63,782 nt of DNA, filler included, from Octopus bimaculoides (GCF_001194135.2; 8 parts of 7 records of this genome joined end to end with filler, not necessarily neighbours in it), one strand, 5' to 3'. Counted from the whole stretch's first letter, positions 21,431 through 34,619 are shown. Program-made: numbers and translations. The notes: generated by a model from the letters alone, not told the origin.

Positions 21431-22139
21431 TCAGATGATTGTAACAACGATGAAAAAAATATCAATGTTAATTTATTGATACTTTTAGGTAAGTCTATGC
21501 CTATATGATCAGACAGTTTTTAAAAATTTGTTTTTAAAAAATTCAAAACTATGCAGAAATCCGGAACAAAATCTTGATACTTCAATGCGTTGCTTACTTA
21601 TTTACTCAACCTGATATATACTACTTTACATAGACCTACACATGTTTCAACTGCACTAATTAGAAATTGGTGCAGTTGGAACCCTATTATACCACAGGTG
21701 CACTTTCTTCCGGGTTTTACTTGATATCCTTCGATAAGTTAGAGGTGAACTATCTTCAATTCAAGATTTGATTGGATGATCAATTAAAGTGCGTTATTCA
21801 AAACATTCTGTTGTTTAAATGATTATTATCCACTTATACTGGACAAATGCCTCAAAGCTTGTTCCTGTCTAGAATTTATTACATTAAACTTAGATATATA
21901 AATATGGTAAAAACCTTCTAAACATAAATCACTCTTTTTAGTCCCAGGTCGGTAAGGTTTTGCATTACAAATTACTCCCCATTTGATAGTGTAGTCTTTG
22001 TTTCTGCCTTTAGTAGACCAAATTAATATACTAAGAATTGCTTGGAATTTTTAAATTCTTATTTCTAAATTAACTAAAATGATATACCAGTCTCCTCCTG
22101 CAAATCATGTACGTGCAGATATATATCTGCATGTGTATA

Positions 22140-22177
<38 letters not shown>

Positions 22178-22472
22178 TGTGCGTGTGCGTGTTGTGTGTG
22201 TGTGTGTGTGTGTGAGTGTGTGTGTGTGTGTGTGTGCGTGTGTGTGTGTGTGTCAGTACAAACATACCCGGTGAATGTGGTCAGTAAAAATTCTGGTAGG
22301 TATCTTATTAGGAAGAAAATACGAAAAATACTTGATCCAAAATATCAGCTGTAGACCATTATTAGTAATATTTTGAAAATTATATTTAAGAGCCATGCTG
22401 TTTCAAATATACATGCGTAATACACACATACATATATATATATTACATGTAACTGTATGTAACTATATATGA

Positions 22473-22551
<79 letters not shown>

Positions 22552-22556
22552 CATAG

Positions 22557-22591
<35 letters not shown>

Positions 22592-23140
22592 CACACACAC
22601 CCATACAAGTATTTATATACTTCAATATATAGATGATATGCATTGTTGTACATACGTCGACTATTTGAACTTAAGCCAAACATGACACACATTTCTGCAA
22701 CCGTTCTCAAATACCGCTTTGTAAATGTATTTTAAGCAACTACCCACTGGATTTTATCTCACTTCATTTAATGTTTCAAATATAAACACCACGTTTCAAG
22801 GTATGAATCGAGATTTCATAATTTATTTCCTAACTGGCTGTTATTACTTGTTCGTACATTTTAATATTTTTTATTCATTGCAGAATTTTGCTCTCCTTTC
22901 ATTTTTCTTTTTTATTTTCATGTTATAATTTCCTGTTTATTCAACGTTATTTGTTCATTCATACTTAGATTATACTTTTTGAGTTCTTTATTTTTATATT
23001 AATTGTATTTTTTTAAATTCTTGGTCAGAATGACTTGACATTTTCGAGTACTCCATTTTAAAGTATTAACGTCACTTCAAGTGAACACTTTTCATCTTTT
23101 TAATGAAAGATGTTATTTCCCTTTCTACACCTTCCCACGT

Positions 23141-23188
<48 letters not shown>

Positions 23189-25920
23189 ATACACACACAC
23201 ACACACGCACACACACACACACAAACACACACAGACACACAGAGGCAAGCACGCTCATTCTCAATCGCACACATATATCCATGTTTGCACATGCACACTC
23301 ACATACATATATGTGTTTGTTCGTGAATCTATGCATTTGAAAATCCAGTGCGAGAGATAGGAGCTCTTTGCTCATCATTTATTTTTCTCACCAACAACCT
23401 CTTGAAATCAATGTAGTTTTTAACTCCATCTTGAATTTGTGTTGAGCGATATTTGTTGAGAAAAAAGTTGATACAGAAATATTCTAGAATATAGAATTCT
23501 GAAGAGAAAAGGCTTGGCAAATATTTTAAAACTGGGCGTTTGCGTATGAGATTATAAGGATAATAAGAATACAAAAAGTGGAGTATTTTCTCGTTTGAAT
23601 ATAAAATTTACACAGATTACGAATGCAGGAAAAGAGAAAATATTGTAATATGCACAGAGTAAACTAAAATCAGACCACATTCTGAGTCTTCAGTTTAATT
23701 CTTGATGTGTGTCCCCAGTTTATCAAATCAAAAAAACTGTCGCATTTATTTAAAATGTAGTTTATTATATTTGTGAGCAAAACAAAGATGCTGCTTAGGG
23801 TATTGAGTATGACAAGCATAAAGATATGTCCGGTGATCTTCCCCGTCATAAATTGTCATTTATGCATTTCTTGTAACTGAATTGGTTGAAAATAGCAGGA
23901 ATGGGTTTGATAAAAACATGTTTCATTTCGGATGTACATATAGCATTGGAGATCTTAGAAGCGTTGGTGATAGCTTAGTGAGTGAGGTAATTACAGTAGA
24001 GATGACATACGTGTATACCTATTTTGGATTAGATATTCAGGAATAACTCATGAGCTTCAGGATGATACTGATAAGATCAGAAATGTCATGTTTTAAAGTA
24101 ATAGAGAGAAAATTATATCTGTGTGCTACCTTCATCAATTTGAATTTGCAGCAGGTGATTTTACAGTTCACAGATAAGCATTTCAGAGTTAATGATATCG
24201 ATGATTTCTGTTTGTGATGAACACAAAATAAAAAAGAAAACACAGAAAGTTAACAATTATAGTGGCTAAATAAACCGAATAACTATTTTACATCTGCCGT
24301 GTAGAGATATGTTTGGCAAACTTAGAATATTTATGGCAGTTACCGGAAGGGCCATCCAAAAATTGAATCAACATTATAATTCTTTCAGTCCAAATCTAAT
24401 TCGAATTATGTAATGTTACTTATTCCTAACAATATTAGTGATCAACATTGCTTATGATTGAACTTTGGTTTACTTATGTATTTCTTAACAGACAACGAAG
24501 AAACTTTGCACTGAATAGTGTGCCGTATATACTTTTTCAGAGGAAGCAAGGTGATATCAAAATTTGATGACCCTACAAGACTAGGTGAAAGCGCCAATTT
24601 ATAAAACATGTGACATATGAATAAAAATGTGTAAATATAGAACCATCCAGACATCTGAGTAGCTGATTATATATATATATATATATATATATNNNNNNNN
24701 NNNNNNNNNNNNNNNNNNNNNNNNNNNNNNNNNNNNNNNNNNNNNNNNNNNNNNNNNNNNNNNNNNNNNNNNNNNNNNNNNNNNNNNNNNNNNNNNNNNN
24801 NNNNNNNNNNNNNNNNNNNNNNNNNNNNNNNNNNNNNNNNNNNNNNNNNNNNNNNNNNNNNNNNNNNNNNNNNNNNNNNNNNNNNNNNNNNNNNNNNNNN
24901 NNNNNNNNNNNNNNNNNNNNNNNNNNNNNNNNNNNNNNNNNNNNNNNNNNNNNNNNNNNNNNNNNNNNNNNNNNNNNNNNNNNNNNNNNNNNNNNNNNNN
25001 NNNNNNNNNNNNNNNNNNNNNNNNNNNNNNNNNNNNNNNNNNNNNNNNNNNNNNNNNNNNNNNNNNNNNNNNNNNNNNNNNNNNNNNNNNNNNNNNNNNN
25101 NNNNNNNNNNNNNNNNNNNNNNNNNNNNNNNNNNNNNNNNNNNNNNNNNNNNNNNNNNNNNNNNNNNNNNNNNNNNNNNNNNNNNNNNNNNNNNNNNNNN
25201 NNNNNNNNNNNNNNNNNNNNNNNNNNNNNNNNNNNNNNNNNNNNNNNNNNNNNNNNNNNNNNNNNNNNNNNNNNNNNNNNNATATATATAAATATATATA
25301 TATTTATAGATTAGGACATATACTACTCTTGTTCAGTGTGGATACCATTGTTATCGTGTGCTACAGTTGTTGATACACAGAAATCACGTGAAACAGTTAC
25401 TGTCACACGTTAAATTATTGTATGTCACCTTTTCTGTGATTCAGCTTCGAAATACTTGGAGAAAGAAGCGTTCTATTATATTTCTTTCTGCTCTCCAGAG
25501 ACTGTATCTTGCATTCATACTCGTTTTCTTTTGTCACTTGTTAATCTAGGTTAATTATTTTAGATACAATTTGCTGTCAAGAAATAGAATGAGTTCACTT
25601 AACATTTGATTCTGGAAACGGAAATGACTACAAGCGATCGCTGAGAAATGAATTGCCATGCAAAATACAAATGCAGTCACTGCTAGAACACATATTTAAG
25701 AATTTCATAACTTTTTTAATAATAATACACATGGTTTCTGTCAAAGCATTTCAAAATACTGTTAATAATAGTGTCCAAAGTAACTTCTGCTAATTCCTAT
25801 TAAATTGTCTTGTAATGGTTTTAGACAGAAGATCCCTACTTGCACACAAGAGTTGGACTGAGAAACTATTACATAGTAAGTAAAACAATTTAGGAATATC
25901 ATGAAAATAACTTTAATATT

Positions 25921-26459
25921 CAGCTTTCGTCCTAATTTTGGGACTGCTATGTTGGCTTGGCGATAACTATTAATTTCCAGTACCGCTGCCGTAGTCTCCT
26001 TTAGAGAGACTTAGACATATTAATAACTCTATTTCTGAAAACCAGTGGATAGATTCCACTGAAATTAGATAAATAACCTTCGAACAGATAGTCAGCAGCG
26101 CCGCCTGGCTGGGGCTTGGCTGCTCTGCATTGACAAGGGGCAACACCCTGAAACTAGTCTGCAGATGCCAAACCAGCAGGGGGACACTGCTGACCTCCCC
26201 TGTTCGAAGGTTATAAAGGACACAGGTTTCGTGTGTCACATAGCTAGCTAGAGGCGATGGCTTCTTGGAGCTAATTCACGGCAGCTTTCGTCCTAATTTT
26301 GGGACTGCCATGTTGGCTTGGCGATAACTATTAATTTCCAGTNNNNNNNNNNNNTCAGCTTTCGTCCTAATTTTGGGACTGCTATGTTGGCTTGGCGATA
26401 ACTATTAATTTCCAGTACCGCTGCCGTAGTCTCCTTTAGAGAGACTTAGAAATATTAAT

Positions 26460-26465
<6 letters not shown>
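25921..26465 (+). mobile_element. 361-bp terminally redundant, highly structured repeat carrying a hammerhead (retrozyme-like or PLE pseudo-LTR-like)
   Basis: CAGCTTTCGTCCTAATTTTGGGACTGC recurs at 25921, 26282 and 26356, giving a 361-bp period between the first two. Multiple helices are present, and the block ends in (CT)n(TA)n. Confidence 0.6.
26124..26165 (+). ncRNA. Minimal type I hammerhead ribozyme, U3-A8 variant, predicted cleavage after 26159
   Basis: TCTGCA|TTGACAA|GGGG caaca CCCT|GAA|ACTAGT|C^TGCAGA. Perfect 6-bp stem I extended by further helices, 4-bp stem II (one G-U), palindromic stem III and a GUC triplet. Confidence 0.75.
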
Positions 26466-26535
<70 letters not shown>

Positions 26536-26654
26536 TCACCTTACTTCGAGCTGTACGGATAAGATATATCCCCCCGCCCGATCATCCAAGATATAATCCC
26601 CAGATCATCACCGATCTTCATCCATGTTTAAGAGTTGAAACGAGGCAGTGTGGG

Positions 26655-27210
26655 TCAAATGCTTCTTTTGGCTATGTTCACACATAATCTGGCCCTCACG
26701 TGAAATCCGGCTTTGTGCAAATCCCGGCGAAGAGTTTTTGAGGAAAGTGGGTTCTCTAGGTGGTCATTAAACTCTGTGGTAATTTTGGGATCTGTATTTT
26801 TGTGATCCTTTCTTACAATTTGCGGAAGATTCCGATGGTCTCTATCTGAATGTTTTGGTTTTCTGCCGGAGTTTGTTTCGAACGAGGAATATTTTTCTTC
26901 TTTCACAAAGGGTGTCATTACTTTAGATCAAATACTTCTTGACACATCAAACATTTCGGGTGTTTTCGTTACGCTAGTGCCTACCATACGAGCATCAACC
27001 ATTTAACATCATTGAAAGTGATTTTAATGAATTTTAATGATTTTTTTCTGATGATATTTGAAAAGAAACTGCAATTTTAGCTAAGCATATTAAGCAACAC
27101 TAATAATAATCCAAAAACATAATAATTAACGGACTTTTGACGGTTTTCTATAGATATTTCAAAATTATGATGCTATGATGATGTGCTTCCATTATTGTGC
27201 CCAACCTCTG
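26655..27210 (-). mobile_element. Tc1-like transposon, 5' part with left TIR
   Basis: Minus strand: TA|CAGAGGTTGGGCACAATAATGGAAG. Translation ARMVGTSVTKT.EMFDVSR...SGRKPKHSDRDHR...KITTEFNDHLENPLSSKTLRRDLHKAGF matches the Tc1 paired-like DNA-binding domain. Confidence 0.82.
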
Positions 27211-29614
27211 TATACGTACATACACACACACACACACACAAACACACATACATATATATATATATATATGTATGTATATATATATATACATACATATATA
27301 TACATATATGTGTATGTATATATATNNNNNNNNNNNNNNNNNNNNNNNNNNNNNNNNNNNNNNNNNNNNNNNNNNNNNNNNNNNNNNNNNNNNNNNNNNN
27401 NNNNNNNNNNNNNNNNNNNNNNNNNNNNNNNNNNNNNNNNNNNNNNNNNNNNNNNNNNNNNNNNNNNNNNNNNNNNNNNNNNNNNNNNNNNNNNNNNNNN
27501 NNNNNNNNNNNNNNNNNNNNNNNNNNNNNNNNNNNNNNNNNNNNNNNNNNNNNNNNNNNNNNNNNNNNNNNNNNNNNNNNNNNNNNNNNNNNNNNNNNNN
27601 NNNNNNNNNNNNNNNNNNNNNNNNNNNNNNNNNNNNNNNNNNNNNNNNNNNNNNNNNNNNNNNNNNNNNNNNNNNNNNNNNNNNNNNNNNNNNNNNNNNN
27701 NNNNNNNNNNNNNNNNNNNNNNNNNNNNNNNNNNNNNNNNNNNNNNNNNNNNNNNNNNNNNNNNNNNNNNNNNNNNNNNNNNNNNNNNNNNNNNNNNNNN
27801 NNNNNNNNNNNNTATATATATGTGTGTGTGTGTGTATATATAAATATCATATTTCTTTATTAGTCTTTTTAGATCAATTTGGAACATCAGCTTACATTTA
27901 CGTTTGAAGTTTATATCAGCATCGTAGAATGGCATGTTCTTGTGCACTTTGTGTTGAATTGCAAAGAGTGATGTATTTGTTAATTTTTGCGCTGTATAAT
28001 GCAGGAATTTTGACATTATCCAGCAGTTAAATCTGGTATATTTCATAGATAAATTTGTTCATGTTATATTAATTCATTCCTCATATGTATAGAATTTGAA
28101 TGTTGTCAACGTAATATATTTCTTTCGAATTTTGGCGCATGCATTGTATGTTTGGTAGTCGTGGTGGCGTCTTGCTGTAAAATCATACAGTGTAATATGC
28201 ATGGTTATAGCAGCAGTTTCATTCATTAAGTTTACTGCTTTCATATTTGCATTCGAATTTATACAAAACATTAGCTGCTTGGATATTGGGTTTGTGTTAA
28301 GATGCGATAGATGTTGTCATTATGTTGTGTATACGTATTTTATTTTTAATTTTGTGAAAATCCATTCTGTAACTAGGATGTATTATACAGTAAAACATAG
28401 CTAACATCCGAGCGTAGTATGCTACTGAAAGCGTGCTGCTCATGCAATTGAACAAGTTCATTTTAATTAGCGTCTAATTCCCATCGATGTATTTATGGTT
28501 CAATTTCAGTAATCCACGCTAAGGCTGGCGCAAAACTCCAGTCCTTTTTACATTCACTGTGAAGTCGAATGTTCACGCCGCACTTTCAGAATGACGTGTA
28601 GTTTTCTGGATATACTCTACAGTTCTATAAACGATTCATACTGACATATTGAAGAAACAGGTAAAAAAAAAAAAAAAGAGAGTGAGGTACTTGATATTGC
28701 TTGCTAGCTTGTTGCAAAAGCGATAAAAAAGAAAGCCAGAATATAAGAAAAATATCAAGACTGAAAAATACGAACTTCAAAGAATCGGGAATTATCGTAG
28801 TTGGAAGAAAGTTGAATAGCCAGTTTATAAAGTTGTATATCGAATTTCCTAACTGTGCAAAGCGTGTTTGCTTGGCAATGCTATAGACCTAAGTCTACTG
28901 GATACAACTTGATATGTAGCTATCCAATAGCTGCGCAAGAATTACAAAATTAGGAATTACTTAAGAAGATGACGACGACGATGATGATGATGATGATATC
29001 TGTGCATAGAGATAGAGGATTATAAAGTAAAACGCACATGGAAGATAGATAAAAAGAAACGGAATGGAAGAAAAATGATGTACGCGTACATTACGAGAGA
29101 GGTGAGTGTAATACAGATACCGATTGAAGGTGGCACTGGCTAACGAAGAAATATTTGAAACAAGAGTAAGCGCTTTGGACACATTACTCCAGAGGCATGA
29201 CTGACAACACAGCTCCACAGAATTCTGAAATCTGAATGAAGAATTTTACATTAGTCCACTGGGTGCGGACAACTGATATTTTGATAATACCCCGGCAAAG
29301 TTTGCTATGTTAAAGAACAAAGACAACAACAACAACAATAATAGCGCTTTCTATTATAGGCACAGGATAATCGATTACATCGACACCAGTGATCAACTCT
29401 TAGATTTTATACAACCCGAAAAGATAAAAGACTAAGTTGACCTCTGAACAAAACGCTGACTAGCATTACTTAGTTGAAATGAACTAAGAAAGTGTGTTCA
29501 GCGTTTTGTTCAGCATGCTGACGAGACCTCCAGATGCGATATTAATGCCAATAGTAGCAGCAAAAGCAACAACAACAAAAAAACCGCAACAACACCATCA
29601 ACAATGATGATTTC

Positions 29615-29775
29615 CAATCTTGGCAAAAGGCTAGCATTGCCTGGGGAGGGAGCACATAGATTATGTCAACCTCAGTTAGTGTTCAACTGGTACTTATTTT
29701 ATTGACCCCACAAGGATGAAAGCAAAAAGTGGAATTTGAACTCAGAACGTACATTTTGACTTGCGTGCTAACAAT
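29615..29775 (-). mobile_element. SINE family B, degenerate copy
   Basis: GTTCAACTGGTACTTATTTTATTGACCCC...GGAATTTGAACTCAGAACGT, as in 17811-18035. Confidence 0.65.
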
Positions 29776-30729
29776 TCTTCCAAGAAGATTAACAACAACA
29801 ACAACAACAGCAAGAATAAGAACAAGAGCAAGAACAACAAAAAAAATAGCATACTTAATAGTAACAAAGTATAATTGTAATGAAACACCTTAGTAGTGGT
29901 CTTAATACAACCGTTCATTAGTGTTTCTGAAATGCTCCAGCAGTACTTGTTGTCATGAAAATATGTTTGGATTTGAAATAAGAAATAAAATGGTGGCTCT
30001 AATGAAACAGCTGCATGATGATTGACTCGGTGATAGTTTCGAGGATACAATGCGTCGGTTATTGTAAAGAAATAAAGCATGGTGGTTATTCCAGTGAGAA
30101 ACTATGGAGATTTTAATCGAAAGAGATCATTGATAGCTGTAATGATTCAGCATTATTTTATATAGTGTTAGTTGTATAGAAATAACTCAATACTAGTCGC
30201 ATTCACACATTAGCTAATGACAAAATTCCGTCGTGGTAGCAATGAAATAATTTAGTAGTTGCAAGAATAAGACTATACTTGTATTTTCTTCTGCACTTCC
30301 TTGAATATCACAGAAAACTAATTCGAACAATCAGCAGAAAGCTAATTCCTCTGATGTGACCATTATAATTCAAACTTGCGTGCTAGAATTTTAAAGACGA
30401 TTAATAAGATGATTTTTTCTCTCCACAGATTGTAAGTAATTGCAAATGGGGAGTTTGCAAGTAATTGCAAAAAAACAAAAAATAAAAAAAAACTTTCCTT
30501 TCGTGGGTATTCTATTCGATATAAGGTAGGAGATTTCCTAAGGTATCTTCTTGTGATTACGTACACGGACATGTAAATAACTCACGTTATTTGCTGATAG
30601 AATTCTCACTCGACTGTGAGCACTTTAAATTTATGTATCTGTCTGTGAACCGGAAAAAGAAAAAAAGAAAAAAAATTAAAACAGAGAGTTGCTTACTTTT
30701 AAATAAATGTGTTAATATGTGATATGATT

Positions 30730-30979
30730 GCCCAAGGTTTTTTCGTGGTCTTTTCGTAGCTTTTTTCATTCCATGGATAAACCGCATCATTTCTTGGGAA
30801 CTTTATGTATTATTTCGACTTTTTTGTGTATATCCTAAACGATGTCGATCCCTTTTGATCGTTGTTCCTAATTTTGTTTTTTTTACTTTATCTGTTTTCG
30901 CCCCCCTCGAAAAGAAAAAAAACAATTTATATTATATTTCTCCCATCTCTGTTCAGCCCTATGTGGCCAATAAAGAAAG

Positions 30980-31019
<40 letters not shown>

Positions 31020-31023
31020 TTAT

Positions 31024-31075
<52 letters not shown>

Positions 31076-31076
31076 T

Positions 31077-31107
<31 letters not shown>

Positions 31108-31124
31108 GTATCTGTCTTTCAGTC

Positions 31125-31165
<41 letters not shown>
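30730..31165 (+). mobile_element. 3' end of a non-LTR retroelement with AATAAA and (ATCT)n tail
   Basis: ...TTCAGCCCTATGTGGCCAATAAAGAAAG+(TATC)n; same 3' motif as 35960-36230. Confidence 0.55.
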
Positions 31166-31724
31166 ATCTAAACGCGCACACTCACACACAAACACACGCA
31201 TAGGATTAATTCTCTTCCAGTAATGCGGTGTAAAAAGAACTAGCACTAAATATTTTATCCAAGTACAAAAATAGATATTACTACAAGCCACTGTGACATA
31301 TACTTTATTGTCTACGTTAAAGAAATTGGATAACTGCGTACACCTATTAAAACATTTTCACTTACAGAAACAATGTTTCGGCAACTTACGACAGAGGGGA
31401 AAGCAATTTTTGAAAATAACAGAAGCGTGGAAAATATCAGATTTATACTCGGATTATATATCTTGTACTGCTGCCTGTTGAAGGTGTTAGAAAAGTGTAT
31501 AATAATTTGTTCACACAAACACACACAGACATATGCATTTGATGTTTGGGAGATTAAGCGTATGTGTATATATAAATATGTATATCCATCTCCAACTATA
31601 CATATATATATATATATATATATANNNNNNNNNNNNNNNNNNNNNNNNNNNNNNNNNNNNNNNNNNNNTTAATTAATTAANNNNNNNNNNNNNNNNNNNN
31701 NNNNNNNNNNNNNNNNNNNNNNNN

Positions 31725-31769
<45 letters not shown>

Positions 31770-31960
31770 ATGTGTGTGTGTGTATGTATATAGATAGATA
31801 CATACATATAGATAAAGATATATATGCATGTATATGTATGTATATGTATAGAAAAATAGATATATAGATCTTATTACTGTATGTGTGGGGAAAGAAAGAG
31901 ACAAAGAAAAGACAGGCAGACAGAAAGAGAGAGAAAGAGATAATACATACATACATACAT

Positions 31961-32001
<41 letters not shown>

Positions 32002-32842
32002 ATGAAAAAGAATGGTAACATCTTTTCTTCTAGACATATTATATTGAACACAAGGCCGTGTTTGAATTTAATATTAATAATTAAAGATTTCCCATATTTC
32101 CTAATTAATCCTGGTGTGTTTAATTTGCAGCAACAGCATGCTAATTTCACTAAATTTTGCGGACATCTCCTTTATCATTGTCGCTACGACAGAACAGAAG
32201 CATTGGCGTGCTGTCTGCCATTTTGTTCTTGAAAGGCCTTGAAAGGTTGACAGATTTAGAAAGATTATTGTTCGAAACAAATATAAAGGATCTTAAATAA
32301 GGAAATACGAGAAGCCTCTAGTAAAAGAAAAAGATTAACCCAGAACCTAGTCGTGATTACAATACACACCACTTCACATGTCTCTATCATTTAATCTGTA
32401 GATTAAACAAGACTTGTGTGAGTATATATACATATATATGTATATATATTATATATATANNNNNNNNNNNNNNNNNNNNNNNNNNNNNNNNNNNNNNNNN
32501 NNNNNNNNNNNNNNNNNNNNNNNNNNNNNNNNNNNNNNNNNNNNNNNNNNNNNNNNNNNNNNNNNNNNNNNNNNNNNNNNNNNNNNNNNNNNNNNNNNNN
32601 NNNNNNNNNNNNNNNNNNNNNNNNNNNNNNNNNNNNNNNNNNNNNNNNNNNNNNNNNNNNNNNNNNNNNNNNNNNNNNNNNNNNNNNNNNNNNNNNNNNN
32701 NNNNNNNNNNNNNNNNNNNNNNNNNNNNNNNNNNNNNNNNNNNNNNNNNNNNNNNNNNNNNNNNNNNNNNNNNNNNNNNNNNNNNNNNNNNNNNNNNNNN
32801 NNNNNNNNNNNNNNNNNNNNNNNNNNNNNNNNNNNNNNNNNN

Positions 32843-32915
<73 letters not shown>

Positions 32916-32916
32916 C

Positions 32917-33016
32917 GACGGGCTTCTTTCAGTTTTCGTCTACCAAATCCACCCGAGGCTATAGGTGCCAAGCAGTGGGACTGAATCCGGAACTATGTGG
33001 TTGAGAAGCAAGCTTG
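32917..33016 (-). mobile_element. SINE family A 5' half, internally deleted
   Basis: ACGGGCTTCTTTCAGTTTTCGTCTACCAAATCCAC...GGGACTGAATCCGGAAC. Confidence 0.7.
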
Positions 33017-33189
33017 TATATTTTATGTATGTATGTATGTATTTATATTTAAAATGAAGGATTGAAATATATACTTAGATAACATAACTTCGATATGCTT
33101 CGAACAAAGACTGGCCCAAGCCATGTCTAAATTAATAGCCGCACCTGATACGATCTGTAACGACATTTTTTTAAAGTCAAGTTTTGTGG

Positions 33190-33400
33190 TATTATGGCCC
33201 ATTCAAGCAGGGAGCTGTTGTTGACTGAGATGTATCCAAGTATAGGTGGCTTGCCTGGTATCTTTTGAAAAACTTGTCCAGGTTTCCTTTGAAGGCGATG
33301 GGATCTTTCTCTTCTTTGATTTGTTTTGGGATAATGTTAAATGGAGCAGGGCTTGATGAGGAAAATAAATTATGTTGCAGTGAATTTTTGTGTTGTGAGC
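33190..33400 (-). mobile_element. CR1/L2-group LINE ORF2 C-terminal fragment
   Basis: PAPFNIIPKQIKEEKDPIAFKGNLDKFF, then after a frameshift IPGKPPIPGYISVNNSSLLEW (LD.FL..IPD.P...GY....NSL type ending). Confidence 0.7.
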
Positions 33401-33619
33401 CTGAATTTTGTAAGGGGCGCATGGTGCGTTGCCCCAGCCCTGGATATATGTATATATGTATGTATATATGTACAAAGACTCACGCACACAAATAAAGACT
33501 CTTCTGTTGTCGACGACAGCTGAAGGTTGTGCAATTTCTTATTGCACAAACTGCACAAATGATTTGTTTATGATCAGCAAATACTTTTGTTGTATATTTG
33601 TTCACCCCACCATCAAATC

Positions 33620-33787
33620 GACATTGCCTGTACAGGTGCAGAGTGTGCCACACGTCAGATGTCGACGTGATCGCAGAGCGACATGAAATGAAGTGTTTTG
33701 CTCAAGAACACAGCGCAACGCCCTGTCCTGGAATCGAAACCCCGATCTCACGATTGTGAGTGAAACACCTAAACACTAGGCCACACA
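33620..33787 (-). mobile_element. tRNA-derived SINE with CORE-like segment (family C)
   Basis: Minus strand: TGGCCTAGTGTTTAG (box A), GTTTCGATTCC (box B), GCTGTGTTCTTGAGCAAAACACTTCATTTCA. Related to 45995-46130. Confidence 0.7.
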
Positions 33788-33804
33788 CCAGTATATATAT
33801 GCTT

Positions 33805-34575
33805 TACTCCATTGCCAATAGAGACTTCCTCAGGCAATGTTCCTTTAAAGACGACCGAAGCCTCCATGTCTTGGTGCAACTGATAAAACACACAACAGTG
33901 GCCATCTGAGATTTCCAAGGATTGTCCATAGCGCATCTTTGTTAACTTTATCAAAAGCTTTCTTTAAGCCAACAAAGACTTGATATAAGGACATCTGCTG
34001 TTCAGTACATTTCTCTTGAATCTGTCTAGCGGAGAATAACATGTCGATTCTTCCTCCATCTGATCTAAAGCCACTTTGAGATTCAAGGATGACATCAGAT
34101 TGTTCAGCAAAGTCTAGCAAGCACTTGGCCAATAGCTTTCAGAAGTATGATTCCATGGTAGTGATCACAAATTCCTCTTCTCCTTTATCCTTGAACGAAT
34201 ACACTAAAATGCCAACAATCCTATCTTTTGGTTCAGGGTTCAAGTCCGGCTCTTGATAATGAGTTTCAATACTACATGTGTCACCTTTTCACTTCCAACC
34301 TTCAGCTGTTCAACGGGAAGGCCACCTCGGCCAAGAGCTTTACCGGCATTAATATGCTTAAGAACTAGTTTCACCTCATCATAAAATGGTAATCGATCTA
34401 TTGTGAATTTTATATCGCATTCAGGAAGACTTTCTGAGACATTATAGTCGACTACTGATGGGTTGTCGAATAAATCAGTGTAGTGTTCTTGCCAGCGCCG
34501 CAGGATTTTCACTAATTCTTTGATGATGGTAGTGCTGTCTTTGGACTTCAGAGGAGCTACTGTAGAGGGTGGTGG
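33805..34575 (-). mobile_element. RTE-clade LINE ORF2 fragment (RT N-terminal half)
   Basis: ILRRWQEHYTDLFDNPS...KALGRGGLPVE; ILESQSGFRSDGGRIDMLFSARQIQEKCTEQQMSLYQVFVGLKKAFDKVNKDALW. Confidence 0.88.
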
Positions 34576-34619
34576 GCCGAACACTTCACATCGAAACCAT
34601 AAAGCAGTTTCAAATCCTT

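Noticed and set aside
25921-26342. Minus-strand GTCC-caaaatta-GGAC-GAAA resembling a hammerhead stem II, followed by a possible stem III and CUC
   Set aside because: The preceding bases are CATAGCA or CATGGCA rather than CUGANGA, and no stem I forms. It is treated only as a hairpin of the plus-strand unit.
26356-26465. Third copy of the unit start, suggesting a longer array or a CRISPR-like repeat
   Set aside because: It follows a 12-N gap and may be a contig overlap duplicating 26282-26342. Spacing and context are not CRISPR-like.
28961-29218. ORF with C...L...NRY spacing reminiscent of GPCR TM3
   Set aside because: The segment is too polar, has no ATG start or supporting splice sites and no other TM exons, and runs into a microsatellite. 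Probably chance.
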